DNA of 64,000 bases from an uncultured Muribaculaceae bacterium. Its GTDB lineage: Bacteria; Bacillota_I; Bacilli_A; RF39; UBA660. A program made the position numbers and the translations under genes. Every line of letters starts with the position of its first letter. Position 1 is the first letter of the stretch. Location: NCBI GenBank assembly GCA_964513345.1, contig CAZELY010000003.1:9371-73370 (forward strand), read 5' to 3'. Positions 27,368 to 37,279 of the stretch are shown piece after piece. Under the pieces are notes generated by a model, which saw nothing but the letters and a program-made list of their open reading frames with translations, had not been told where the DNA came from and searched no databases.

Positions 27368-28324
27368 ATGGATATAGATAGTATTGAAATAAAACATGAC
27401 CCAATAATTATTTTTATGGGAACACCAGAATTTAGTAAAGAAGTCTTAGAAGGATTGATTCAAAATTATAAAATCAAAGCTATTGTAACGCAACCAGATA
27501 GACCAGTTGGAAGAGGTGGCAATGTTAAGCAATCTCCAGTTAAAGAAGTAGCTTTAGAAAATAATATTTTGTGCTTGCAACCGAATAAAATTAATGAAGC
27601 TTTGGAGGAAATTAATTCATTAGAACCAGATCTTATTATAACTTGTGCTTATGGTCAAATTTTACCATTGGAGCTATTGTTAATTCCTAAATTAGGATGT
27701 ATTAATGTGCACGCTTCATTGCTGCCAAAACTAAGAGGTGGAGCTCCAATTCACCGAGCTATTATAAATGGTTATTCAAAAACGGGTGTAACTATTATGT
27801 ACATGTCTAAAGATATGGATGCTGGGGATATCATCAGCACTAAAGAAGTAGAGATTACTGATATTGATACAGCCGAAACACTTCATGATAAACTTAAAAT
27901 AGTCGGAAAAGAATTACTGCTAGAAACACTTCCTAGTATTTTAAATAAAACAAATAGTAGAATAAAGCAAGAGGAATCTGAAGTCACTTATGCTCCAATT
28001 ATCACTAGGGAAGATGAAAAAATAGATTTTACCAAAAACAAAAGAGACATTGTGAATTTAGTACGTGGGCTTAATTCATGGCCAGGTGCATATTGCTATT
28101 TCGAAGATAAAATTATGAAAGTTTGGTCTTGTTATCGAACCGAAAATATATTTGACACGAAATTACCTGGTGAAATAACGGCCATCTATCCCGATGGGTT
28201 TGGAGTAAAAGTTTTAAATGGCGAAGTTGTATTTACAATTATTCAGCCTGAGGGTAAAGCTAAAATGAAATCCATTGATTTTATTCATGGCCATCCTGAT
28301 TTAGTCGGGAAAGTCTTAAGATAG
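27368..28324 (+). CDS. fmt: Methionyl-tRNA formyltransferase
   Basis: IIFMGTPEFS, INVHASLLPKLRGGAPI. The ATG at 27368 after GGGTGA is preferred to the GTG at 27359. Confidence 0.9.
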   Translation: MDIDSIEIKHDPIIIFMGTPEFSKEVLEGLIQNYKIKAIVTQPDRPVGRGGNVKQSPVKEVALENNILCLQPNKINEALEEINSLEPDLIITCAYGQILPLELLLIPKLGCINVHASLLPKLRGGAPIHRAIINGYSKTGVTIMYMSKDMDAGDIISTKEVEITDIDTAETLHDKLKIVGKELLLETLPSILNKTNSRIKQEESEVTYAPIITREDEKIDFTKNKRDIVNLVRGLNSWPGAYCYFEDKIMKVWSCYRTENIFDTKLPGEITAIYPDGFGVKVLNGEVVFTIIQPEGKAKMKSIDFIHGHPDLVGKVLR

Positions 28325-28334
28325 AGGTAGTAAG

Positions 28335-29033
28335 ATGTTTAAAAAAATAAAAGAAAATGAAAAGGTACAAAAAATAATTGAACTTTGGAAAAACCCTAAA
28401 ACTCACGACTTAATAGTTTTGGCTTTTTGGCTTATATTTATTTTCATTGTTATTATATTTGCTAGAAGTGTGGCATCACCAAATGTAAAAAATGTTGATG
28501 TAAAAGCTTATACAAACAGCTTTGAATATATTAATAATTATGATTTTACATATGAGTCACTTGATTATAAGGTTCATGGATCTTACTATGATGATAAATT
28601 AGTTTTCTACTTAGATAATAAACGCTATTATTATCATGAGAACACTTATTTGATTGATAAAGAAGCAACCTTAGTTCCAAATTATGATTTAGGTATTTTA
28701 AAGATCAACCCTAAAATGCTTAATAATTTAGTAGGTGGTATAACGCCAAGTGAAAATGGTGAATTTAAACAATATTCAGTGCCGCTTGATCGATTTATAA
28801 ATTTATATGAAATTGATACCGATGTTGATTTATCTAAAGCTGCTACATATAATGTAGTTATAAAAGTTTATTTAGTAGATAATGAAATATCGAAAGTTAT
28901 TTTAGATTTATCAAATTATTATTTAATGAAAGGTAATTTGATTAATAACCCAGTAACCATTTATTATTATAATATAAATAATATTAGTGATTTTAGTAAA
29001 GGTTATGACAAACTATTGGAGGTGAAGGAATGA
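28335..29033 (+). CDS. Membrane-anchored hypothetical protein
   Basis: One N-terminal TM followed by a Tyr/Asn-rich extracytoplasmic domain. No motif recognised. Confidence 0.45.
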   Translation: MFKKIKENEKVQKIIELWKNPKTHDLIVLAFWLIFIFIVIIFARSVASPNVKNVDVKAYTNSFEYINNYDFTYESLDYKVHGSYYDDKLVFYLDNKRYYYHENTYLIDKEATLVPNYDLGILKINPKMLNNLVGGITPSENGEFKQYSVPLDRFINLYEIDTDVDLSKAATYNVVIKVYLVDNEISKVILDLSNYYLMKGNLINNPVTIYYYNINNISDFSKGYDKLLEVKE

Positions 29034-29338
29034 CAATTCAATTATTAATTTTTGTTCTAGCGCTAGTAGCCATAATATTTTTCTTCAAAAACTTTAATGC
29101 TTGTGTATATTTTATCGTGATGGTTGATATTTTTCTTAGAATTGTTACTTACCTTACAGCGCATTATTTTAGAGCCGATGCTTTTAGTTTTTTAGATTCG
29201 ATTCCCGAAAGTGTTCTAGCAATTTTAAATAGCTTTGAACTGGGAGTAATTAATGAAATATTGGTCATCATCTATATTATTGTTTATATCATTTTTGAGG
29301 TTTTGCTAATTAGATTTTTTGTTAAAAGAAAATTTTAG
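29030..29338 (+). CDS. Small integral membrane protein (hypothetical)
   Basis: 102 aa, three hydrophobic segments, 4-nt overlap with the upstream ORF. Confidence 0.4.
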   Translation: MTIQLLIFVLALVAIIFFFKNFNACVYFIVMVDIFLRIVTYLTAHYFRADAFSFLDSIPESVLAILNSFELGVINEILVIIYIIVYIIFEVLLIRFFVKRKF

Positions 29339-29387
29339 ATTTTCTTTTTTTTATAAAGAAATATGTTATAATGAAAGTGGTGATAAC

Positions 29388-29939
29388 ATGTATGATTATA
29401 TAAAAGGTAAAGTAATTTCAATTGAAAGTAATTATATTGTTTTAGACAATAATGGTATAGGCTATTTAATATATACAGCGAACCCTTATTCTTTTGACGA
29501 AGGCGAAGAATATCTAATATATTTGTATCAGTATGTAAGAGAAGATGAAATTAGTTTATTTGGTTTTAAAACTAAAGAAGAAAAAGATTTGTTTTTAAAA
29601 TTAATTAGCGTTAAAGGTTTAGGTTGTAAAATGGCTTTGCCGATGATCGCTTCAGGCTCGCCTAGTGGCATTATCGATGCTATTGAAAGAGAAAACATTT
29701 TATATTTGAAAAAATTCCCAAAAATAGGTGATAAGGTAGCTAGACAAATTATTTTGGATTTAAAAGGGAAATTAGTATCTAAAGAAGAAGCAGCTACAAA
29801 TAATTTTGAAGAACTTACAGAAGCTTTAAAAGGTTTAGGGTATAAATCTAGTGACATTAATAAAATTACAAAACAAATCAATCCAAATGACGAGATTGAA
29901 ACTCAAATAAAAGAGGCCCTAAGACTATTACTTAAGTAG
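29388..29939 (+). CDS. ruvA: Holliday junction DNA helicase subunit RuvA
   Basis: MYDYIKGKV..., LISVKGLGCKMAL (HhH). The start at 29388 follows GGTGAT; the upstream extension from 29319 is rejected. Confidence 0.9.
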   Translation: MYDYIKGKVISIESNYIVLDNNGIGYLIYTANPYSFDEGEEYLIYLYQYVREDEISLFGFKTKEEKDLFLKLISVKGLGCKMALPMIASGSPSGIIDAIERENILYLKKFPKIGDKVARQIILDLKGKLVSKEEAATNNFEELTEALKGLGYKSSDINKITKQINPNDEIETQIKEALRLLLK

Positions 29940-29947
29940 GTGGTAAA

Positions 29948-30559
29948 ATGGCAAAATTGCATTTTAAATATGCAACAATGAATTCTGGCAAAAGTATTGA
30001 TTTAATTAGGACTGTTTACAATTATGAAGAAAATGGTTTTCAAGTATTAGTTATGAAACCAGAAATTGATACAAAAGCGGGAAATAATATTCAAACTAGA
30101 ATCGGTTTAGAAAGAAATGTTGATATTTTAATTAAACAAAAAAGTAGTATTTTAAGTTTACTAAAAGGTAAATTAAAAAAAGTTGATGCAATTTTTATTG
30201 ACGAAGTTCAATTTTTAAGCAAAAAACAAATTGATGAATTATTTACGATTAGTAAAGTAATGGATATTCCAGTTATTTGTTATGGACTTCGTAATAATTT
30301 TATGATGAAGTCATTTGAAGGAAGTAGAAGATTATTAGAAATTGCTGACGTTTTAGAAGAGTTTCAAACATTATGTAGCTGTGGTAATATCGCACGTTTT
30401 GTTGGTCGCAAACACAATGGTAATTTTCAAAGAGATGGAAAGGAAGTTGTCATTGATGGAGAGGCTAAATACGAGTATGTTCCACTATGCGGGAAATGTT
30501 ATTTAAAAGAAGTAAAAAAGATTAATTTCGATAATTTTTTCAAGAAATTAGATAAATAG
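29948..30559 (+). CDS. tdk: Thymidine kinase
   Basis: MNSGKS P-loop, IDEVQF and a C-terminal zinc motif (CSCG..CGKC). Confidence 0.9.
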   Translation: MAKLHFKYATMNSGKSIDLIRTVYNYEENGFQVLVMKPEIDTKAGNNIQTRIGLERNVDILIKQKSSILSLLKGKLKKVDAIFIDEVQFLSKKQIDELFTISKVMDIPVICYGLRNNFMMKSFEGSRRLLEIADVLEEFQTLCSCGNIARFVGRKHNGNFQRDGKEVVIDGEAKYEYVPLCGKCYLKEVKKINFDNFFKKLDK

Positions 30560-30565
30560 AAATCC

Positions 30566-30594
30566 TTGACACAAGAACGTTTGTTTTATACAAT
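30566..30594 (+). promoter_or_regulatory. Sigma-A-type promoter of ruvB with an embedded LexA (Cheo-box)-like site
   Basis: TTGACA-17 nt-TACAAT. The spacer contains AGAACGTTTGTTTT (GAAC-N4-GTTT, against the consensus GAAC-N4-GTTC). Confidence 0.4.
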
Positions 30595-30626
30595 ATAAGT
30601 AAGAAAAATATGTAGAAGGTGATAAC

Positions 30627-31634
30627 GTGGAAGAAAGAATTGTAACCAATCATGAGTTATCGGAAGATACTTTTGAGGGCACCATTAGACCAGATAGTCT
30701 TGATGAATATATAGGTCAATCTGAAGTGAAAGAAAATTTAGATGTTTTTATTAAAGCCGCTAAAATGCGTGATGAAGCATTAGATCATGTCTTATTATAT
30801 GGCCCACCGGGTTTAGGAAAAACAACTTTGGCATATATTATTGCCAACGAACTTGAAAGTAATATCAAAACAACAAGTGGACCCGCAATTGAAAAAAGTG
30901 GGGACCTAGCTGCAGTTTTAAGCACATTAGAAAATGGTGATGTTCTTTTTATCGATGAAATTCATAGAATTCCTAGATACATTGAAGAAATATTATATTC
31001 GGCTATGGAAGATTTTACTTTAGATATTATCGTTGGTAGTGATTCTTCCAGCAGAAATATTAAAATTGATTTACCACCATTTACTTTAGTAGGAGCAACA
31101 ACTAGAGCTGGTGATTTAACAGGCCCACTTCGTGATAGATTTGGAATTGTGGCCAAATTAAACTATTATACCGAAGAAGAACTTACTGATATTGTTAAAA
31201 GAACAAGTAGAGTTTTAGATACTGATATAGAAGAAAAAGCCGCTATTGAACTTGCTAGAAGAAGTAGAGGCACGCCAAGAATTGCCAATAGATTATTTAA
31301 AAGAGTTCGTGATTATGCTTTAGTTAAAGGTAGTGGATCAATTGATTTAGAAATCACAAAAATTGCCTTAGATAAATTAAAAGTTGATGAGCTTGGTTTG
31401 GATGAAACTGATTACAATTTATTAAAATCAATTATTGAAAAATTTAACGGAGGTCCCGTTGGCATTGATGCTTTAGCTTCATCAATTGGTGAAGAAGCTA
31501 CAACGATTGAAGATGTTTATGAACCATATTTACTTCAAAATGGTTTTTTGAAAAGAACATCTAGAGGTCGAATTGTGACAGATAAAGCTTATGAACATTT
31601 AAAAGTTAATAAACAAGGAAGCTTATTCGAATAG
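30627..31634 (+). CDS. ruvB: Holliday junction DNA helicase RuvB
   Basis: GTG start. [17 protein letters not shown] and RTPRIANRL. Confidence 0.95.
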   Translation: MEERIVTNHELSEDTFEGTIRPDSLDEYIGQSEVKENLDVFIKAAKMRDEALDHVLLYGPPGLGKTTLAYIIANELESNIKTTSGPAIEKSGDLAAVLSTLENGDVLFIDEIHRIPRYIEEILYSAMEDFTLDIIVGSDSSSRNIKIDLPPFTLVGATTRAGDLTGPLRDRFGIVAKLNYYTEEELTDIVKRTSRVLDTDIEEKAAIELARRSRGTPRIANRLFKRVRDYALVKGSGSIDLEITKIALDKLKVDELGLDETDYNLLKSIIEKFNGGPVGIDALASSIGEEATTIEDVYEPYLLQNGFLKRTSRGRIVTDKAYEHLKVNKQGSLFE

Positions 31635-31644
31635 GGGTGATAAA

Positions 31645-32667
31645 GTGACAACCAATGATTTTGATTTTGAATTACCAGAAGAGTTAATTGCGCAAACACC
31701 TTTAGAAAAAAGAGATGCATCGAGGATGCTAGTTCTAGATAAAAAAACTGGAAAAATTGAACATAAGCACTTTAAAGATATTGTTGATTATTTAAATGAG
31801 GGAGACACTTTGGTTTTAAATGATACCAAAGTAATTCCAGCTAGATTAATTGGAGTAAAAGAAGATACTAACGCGGTAATTGAGCTTTTGATGTTAAAAG
31901 AAGTAAAGCCTAATGTTTGGGAGTGTCTTACGAAACCAGCTAAAAGAATTAAGGAAGGAACTATAGTTAGTTTTAGTGATAAATTACAGGCTAAATGTAT
32001 TTATATTGGTGAAGAAGGCATAAGACATTTTGAGCTGATTTATAAAGGTATTTTATATGAAATACTAGATGAATTAGGTGAAATGCCTTTACCACCTTAT
32101 ATTCATGAAAAATTGAAAGATAAAGATCGCTATCAAACAGTCTATGCTAAAAATATAGGTAGTGCAGCTGCTCCTACAGCGGGTTTGCATTTTACTAATG
32201 AATTACTTCAAGCAATAGAAAAAAAAGGCATAAATATTGCCTACGTCACTCTACATGTTGGACTTGGCACTTTTAGACCGGTGAGTGTAGAAAATATAAA
32301 AGATCATAAAATGCATAGTGAATATTATTGTATGGATGAAAGAACAGCCCAATTGCTTAATGACACAAAAAATAACAATCATAGTGTCATTGCAGTTGGT
32401 ACTACTAGTACCAGAACATTGGAAACAATTATTAATTTGTATGGAAATTTTAAAGAATGTTCGGGCTGGACTGATATTTTTATTTATCCGGGTTATGAAT
32501 TTAAGGCCATTGACAAATTAATTACTAATTTTCATTTGCCAAAATCAACTTTAGTGATGTTAGTAAGTGCTTTAGCGGGTAAAGAAAATATCATAAATGC
32601 TTATAACGAAGCTATAAAAGAAAAATATCGCTTTTTTTCATTTGGCGATAGTATGTTTATAAAGTAG
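31645..32667 (+). CDS. queA: S-adenosylmethionine:tRNA ribosyltransferase-isomerase
   Basis: [29 protein letters not shown]. Confidence 0.95.
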   Translation: MTTNDFDFELPEELIAQTPLEKRDASRMLVLDKKTGKIEHKHFKDIVDYLNEGDTLVLNDTKVIPARLIGVKEDTNAVIELLMLKEVKPNVWECLTKPAKRIKEGTIVSFSDKLQAKCIYIGEEGIRHFELIYKGILYEILDELGEMPLPPYIHEKLKDKDRYQTVYAKNIGSAAAPTAGLHFTNELLQAIEKKGINIAYVTLHVGLGTFRPVSVENIKDHKMHSEYYCMDERTAQLLNDTKNNNHSVIAVGTTSTRTLETIINLYGNFKECSGWTDIFIYPGYEFKAIDKLITNFHLPKSTLVMLVSALAGKENIINAYNEAIKEKYRFFSFGDSMFIK

Positions 32668-33333
32668 GTGATGAATATAGTAAAAGCCGTTATTTTTGAT
32701 ATGGATGGTTTAATGTTTGATACCGAAAAATTATGGGAAGACGCTTTTTATCATATTGGTAAGGATTTTAATGTAACGCTTGATGCAAAATTTCATATGA
32801 GAACAATTGGCATTACAGAAAAAAACATTTGTGCTATATTTAAGAAAGAATTTGGTCAAGATTTTCCTTTTGATGAGTTTCTTTATAAATGTCGTCAATA
32901 TATGGATGATATTATTAAAAAAGGCGGTTTAAAGCAAAAAAAAGGATTAAAAGAATTATTGGAATATTTACATTCTAATAACTATTTAATTGCTATTGCT
33001 TCTTCATCTAAAAGAAAGAGAATTCTTTGGTATTTAGAATGTGCTGGTATTGATAGAAATATATTTCAAACTATTATCAGTGGTGAGGATGTTACTAATG
33101 GAAAACCAAATCCTGAAATTTTTCTTAAAGCAAGCAAGCTTTTAAAGACTATTCCAGAAGAGACGATAGTATTAGAAGATTCTAATAATGGTTTAAATGC
33201 GGCCATTGCGGGCGAATTTATAAGTATAGCTATTCCTGATATAGATATCATAAAAAAAGATGTTCTAGATAAAGTTGATTATAAATTTGAATCATTATTA
33301 GATGTAATTGATTTATTAAAAGAAGGTGAATAA
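32668..33333 (+). CDS. HAD-IA family hydrolase (beta-phosphoglucomutase-like)
   Basis: Motif I FDMDGLMFDTE, S-S motif II, and K...EDS..G motifs III/IV. Confidence 0.8.
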   Translation: MMNIVKAVIFDMDGLMFDTEKLWEDAFYHIGKDFNVTLDAKFHMRTIGITEKNICAIFKKEFGQDFPFDEFLYKCRQYMDDIIKKGGLKQKKGLKELLEYLHSNNYLIAIASSSKRKRILWYLECAGIDRNIFQTIISGEDVTNGKPNPEIFLKASKLLKTIPEETIVLEDSNNGLNAAIAGEFISIAIPDIDIIKKDVLDKVDYKFESLLDVIDLLKEGE

Positions 33334-33334
33334 T

Positions 33335-34210
33335 ATGGTTATTGTTATAACTGGCCCAACGGCGACTGGCAAATCAGAATTAAGTTTGTTCTTAGCTAAA
33401 AAGTTAAAAGGTGAGATTATTAATGCAGATAGTACACAGGTATATGAAGGACTTGATATTGCCACGAATAAAATTCAAGATAAAAAACATATTTATCATC
33501 ATTTGTTTGATATTATTCCAATAGTTGAAGATTATACAGTTTTTGATTATCAAAAAGATACGAGAAAAATAATTGATCGCATTTTAGAGCAAGGAAAAAC
33601 ACCTATTTTAGTCGGTGGCACGGGGCTTTATATAAAAGCCGCTTTATATGATTATGAATTCACCAAAAAAGAAAAAAACACATATGAGGGGATTGATAAT
33701 GAAAAACTTTATAAAAAACTATTAAGTATTGATCCTGATACTGATATTCATAAAAATAATCGTGTGAGAATAATTAATGCCCTAAATTATTATGAAGCTA
33801 ATCATAAACCATATAGTAAAAAAGAAAAAAACGAAAAATTATTATATGATACACTATTTATTGGACTTACAGCTGATAGAAAAATTCTTTATGATAAAAT
33901 TAATACAAGAGTTGACAACATGTTTGAAGAAGGTCTTTTGGAAGAAGCAAGAAGATTGTATGATTCAAAAATTAGAACAAAAGCAATTATGACACCAATA
34001 GGATATAAAGAATTGTTTGATTATTTTGAAGGTAATATAACATTAGAAGAGGCTACAGAGCTTATAAAAAGACATAGCCGCAACTATGCTAAGAGGCAAT
34101 ATACATGGTTTAATAATCAAATGAAATTAAAATGGTTTAATACTGATTATGATGATTTTAAAAATACTGAAAATGAAGTTTTAGAATATATTAATAGTAA
34201 GAAAAAATAA
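33335..34210 (+). CDS. miaA: tRNA dimethylallyltransferase
   Basis: ITGPTATGKS P-loop, VGGTGLY and RQYTWF. The ATG at 33335 is preferred to the GTG at 33326. Confidence 0.9.
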   Translation: MVIVITGPTATGKSELSLFLAKKLKGEIINADSTQVYEGLDIATNKIQDKKHIYHHLFDIIPIVEDYTVFDYQKDTRKIIDRILEQGKTPILVGGTGLYIKAALYDYEFTKKEKNTYEGIDNEKLYKKLLSIDPDTDIHKNNRVRIINALNYYEANHKPYSKKEKNEKLLYDTLFIGLTADRKILYDKINTRVDNMFEEGLLEEARRLYDSKIRTKAIMTPIGYKELFDYFEGNITLEEATELIKRHSRNYAKRQYTWFNNQMKLKWFNTDYDDFKNTENEVLEYINSKKK

Positions 34211-34231
34211 ATATTTTTTCTTTACACAAAT

Positions 34232-34260
34232 TTGACATTTTTCATAATTTGTGCTAAAAT
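34232..34260 (+). promoter_or_regulatory. Strong sigma-A-type promoter driving the large noncoding region
   Basis: TTGACA (34232-34237), a 17-nt spacer, then TGc-TAAAAT (extended -10, 34252-34260). Confidence 0.65.
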
Positions 34261-34265
34261 TTTAA

Positions 34266-34735
34266 GTGTTGTGGTGCATTATTCTAGTTACATAACGCTA
34301 AAGGAAGGTAGGCCTAAAAATCTACCGGTTGCTGTAACGACACTTTATATATTTGCTTTTTCTGCCCAAGTTAGGGTGAATATATAATTTAAAGATCTAG
34401 GAACTCTATAATGGCATATAGTAGCTACTCCTGGATTTGCGTCATTATCAATCAAATCGGCAGGTCGTGAGTGGTATTGTGGGATAAACTTTTAACGATT
34501 AATACCCTGATCAGGTTTTAAATCTTTTGAAAACAATACTGCAAAAGCGGATAAGCTTAGCTCATTATGTATTAGGGAAAACCTCTAGAGTGTATATATT
34601 ATAAGTCTTGTAGTGCGGACCGAATGGCAATCGAGTCATTAATTCGGCGACGATTAATTGCTTTCTTTAAATAGAAATAGCCGGTGGGTAACCTAAGGTA
34701 GAAAGTAGAGAAATTCAACTCGACCACAGCCGTAA
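34266..34735 (+). ncRNA. Large structured noncoding RNA candidate (possibly OLE-class); not RNase P or tmRNA by motif
   Basis: No ORF in 567 nt of intergenic DNA, which is visibly more G+C-rich than the flanks. A long-range closing helix pairs GTTGTGGT (34268-34275) with ACCACAGC (34723-34730). There are many local hairpins: GGTAG/CTACC 34307-34326, GATTTG/CAAATC plus CCTG/CAGG 34430-34464, GGTATT/AATACC 34473-34506, and CCGAAT/ATTCGG 34620-34647. No terminator precedes the downstream four-TM gene. Confidence 0.6.
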
Positions 34736-34777
34736 AATTAATTTATAATATACCATAATGTTTTTTAAGGTGATCAA

Positions 34778-35290
34778 ATGAAAAGAGATAATTGGATTTT
34801 AATTATATTTATATTAACGTTCATATTGTCTTTTTTATTTAGTTCTATTTCTAATTTAATTTCCAATTTTAATATAGTTGCGATGATAATAATATTACTT
34901 GCTACTATATGCTTTGGTGTTGTTTTCGATATGATTGGTGTTGCCGTATTAAGTGCTAATGAAGCCACTTTTCATGCTAAAGCAGCTAACAAAATATATG
35001 GATCTAAAAAGAGTATAGAACTAATTAAAAATGCCAATAGAACTAGTAGTATTTGTAATGACGTTGTCGGTGATATTTGTGGAATTATTTCTGGTGCTCT
35101 AGCAGCTGGATTAATTATCATGCTGTGGGATACGCCAATTTTTGCTGCCATAATTACAGCTATTGTTTCGAGCCTTACGGTTGGCTTTAAAGCCATCGGT
35201 AAAAAAATGGCCATTAAACATGCTGACAATATTGTGGAAAAAGTTGGCATTATTATTAGTAGAATAGAATTTAAAAGAAAAGAAAAATAG
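34778..35290 (+). CDS. Small four-TM membrane protein with basic loops (OapA-like position)
   Basis: 170 aa with four hydrophobic helices, acidic motifs in the helices (FDMIGVA, NDVVGDICG), and Lys/Arg-rich loop and tail. Lies directly downstream of the structured RNA. Confidence 0.6.
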   Translation: MKRDNWILIIFILTFILSFLFSSISNLISNFNIVAMIIILLATICFGVVFDMIGVAVLSANEATFHAKAANKIYGSKKSIELIKNANRTSSICNDVVGDICGIISGALAAGLIIMLWDTPIFAAIITAIVSSLTVGFKAIGKKMAIKHADNIVEKVGIIISRIEFKRKEK

Positions 35291-35308
35291 ATCAAATTGA
35301 TCTATTTT

Positions 35309-36205
35309 TTATTGACCTTCTACATAATAAGCATAATATTCTTCTAAAGTAAGGTTTTCATCTTTAATTATTTTAGCTACTTCTTTTCCGACATAGCGGT
35401 AGTGCCATGATTCATAAGTATACCCTGTAACATCTTCTTTATTCTTTGGAAATCTTAAAATAAATCCATATTTATGAGCGTTTTTATCTAGCCATTTAAA
35501 AGCATCAGTGTTTTCAAATCCACTATTTATTTGATTAATATCGGTAGCTAAGCCAGTTTGATGTTCAGAAAAACCAGGCCTTGCTGAATATGTATCAGCG
35601 GCTTCTTTGCCATCTTTGGAAACGTAGTTATTGTATAAAGTAACTTGGTAGTCATAGCTTCTAAAAGCGGATGCATTTTTAATCGAAATATTTTCTAGCA
35701 ATGCGGCATTACTCATTTCCATAAATGCATCAGCGGCCACTTTACGCATTGTATTGTTTTTGCCAATATTATATTCATCGGTTAATACAACTAGATCATT
35801 AGGTATATAATTATCTTTCAAATAGTAATATTTATTTACTAACATTAGATTACCTTTACTTAAATCTGTTTCAAAAACATCTTTGTATTTTTCTTTGTCT
35901 AAATTGGCATTAACATCAGTAATAACTTTATTTAGTGATAAACTATTATTCTTATTGTAATAGTCGACATAGCGTTTCAAATTGTTTTTGATAAAATACT
36001 TTTCTTGCGCTAATTTTTCTTCAAGTGTAATTTCATCTTTGGTGTTGTCTTTTGTATCTTCTGTAACATTTGCTTGTTTCACATTATCACCAGTTTCTTT
36101 TGGGTTATTAGTAATAAAATAAATTCCTATTATAATTAATACTATGAATATAAATAAAACAATACTTTTATTTTTTTTCTTTCTTTTTCGAACCATCGCT
36201 AACAT
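35309..36205 (-). CDS. Membrane-anchored M15B (VanY-type) D,D-carboxypeptidase
   Basis: SEHQTGLATDI and ESWHYRYVG zinc-site motifs, plus an N-terminal TM. Confidence 0.85.
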   Translation of the reverse strand: MLAMVRKRKKKNKSIVLFIFIVLIIIGIYFITNNPKETGDNVKQANVTEDTKDNTKDEITLEEKLAQEKYFIKNNLKRYVDYYNKNNSLSLNKVITDVNANLDKEKYKDVFETDLSKGNLMLVNKYYYLKDNYIPNDLVVLTDEYNIGKNNTMRKVAADAFMEMSNAALLENISIKNASAFRSYDYQVTLYNNYVSKDGKEAADTYSARPGFSEHQTGLATDINQINSGFENTDAFKWLDKNAHKYGFILRFPKNKEDVTGYTYESWHYRYVGKEVAKIIKDENLTLEEYYAYYVEGQ

Positions 36206-37154
36206 CCTTATCTAAATAAAATGCATAATATTCATCATATGTCAAACCAGAATTTTTAACTTTAGTGGCTAAATCTTGACCTAAATAACGGTAGTGCCAA
36301 GATTCATAAGAATAGCCTGTAATATTTTCTTTATCCTTAGGATACCTTAAAATAAAGCCGTATTTATGAGCATTTTTACTAAGCCATTTGAAAGCATCGG
36401 TCTGGTCAAAGTTTTTACCATTTGCTCCATAAGTAATAATATCAATAGCTAAACCGGTTTGGTGTTCAGAGTGATTTGGTCTAGCAGCATAGCCATCAGC
36501 ATATTCTTCACCTTTAGTGTTTTTATAATTATCATATAATCCTTTTTGATATTCATAAGTGCGAAAACCAGAATTTATGATTAGAGTTATATTTTCTTTT
36601 TTGGCAGCGTTAAACATATTCTTAAAAGCATCATATACTTCGCTTCTTAAACTATTATCACCATAGGCATATTGATTACTGGCTTTTACAAGATCTTCGG
36701 GTTTATATTTTTCAGGCAAAGAATAATACTTATTAACTAAAATCGAATATCCATTATCCATATTAGTTTCTTTAATGTGAGTATAGTAATCATAATTACG
36801 TTTAACATTTACAATAGTAATAATTTCGCTGTAATCTATTTTATTAGTTTCTTGTTTTTTCTTATTTATATATTCCTTATAAGTATTATAGTTTTTCCAA
36901 ATAAAGTATTTTTCGCTAGTTAAAGGAATTAACTCTTTATCATATTTTGTTAGCGCTTTATCGATAACTTTTTGGTCTGATTTTATTAGTGTGCTAATTT
37001 CGCTTTCATTGTACCCAATCTGACCAAGTTTATATTCATAACTATTATAATATTTATATAGTTTAAAACCAACAATTCCGCCAATTATCAGTAACACAAA
37101 AATTATTAAAATAACGATTGGCCATTTTTTAATTCTTCTTCTTGTTTGATACAT
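36168..37154 (-). CDS. Membrane-anchored M15B (VanY-type) D,D-carboxypeptidase, tandem paralog
   Basis: SEHQTGLAIDI and ESWHYRYLG, plus an N-terminal TM. The start is taken at MYQTRRR (37154). Confidence 0.85.
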   Translation of the reverse strand: MYQTRRRIKKWPIVILIIFVLLIIGGIVGFKLYKYYNSYEYKLGQIGYNESEISTLIKSDQKVIDKALTKYDKELIPLTSEKYFIWKNYNTYKEYINKKKQETNKIDYSEIITIVNVKRNYDYYTHIKETNMDNGYSILVNKYYSLPEKYKPEDLVKASNQYAYGDNSLRSEVYDAFKNMFNAAKKENITLIINSGFRTYEYQKGLYDNYKNTKGEEYADGYAARPNHSEHQTGLAIDIITYGANGKNFDQTDAFKWLSKNAHKYGFILRYPKDKENITGYSYESWHYRYLGQDLATKVKNSGLTYDEYYAFYLDKDVSDGSKKKEKK

Positions 37155-37279
37155 AAAGTCACTACCTTTCATAACAAAATTGTATCATAGTTTTTACACT
37201 TTAAAAAAAGAAAAATTTGTTTTTTGATTTACGATGTAAAGTAAAAGTGATATAATGTAATAAAGAATAGGGTGAATCT

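Noticed and set aside
34266-34735. The large noncoding region could be RNase P RNA, tmRNA or SRP RNA.
   Set aside because: I could not find the universal RNase P P4 strands (GGAAAGUCC / ACAGAA-n-GGCUUA). There is no tRNA-like 3' end (..GGUUCGA-n-UCC..CCA) or tag ORF as in tmRNA, and no SRP domain IV motif. The region is also longer than typical RNase P RNA in AT-rich genomes.
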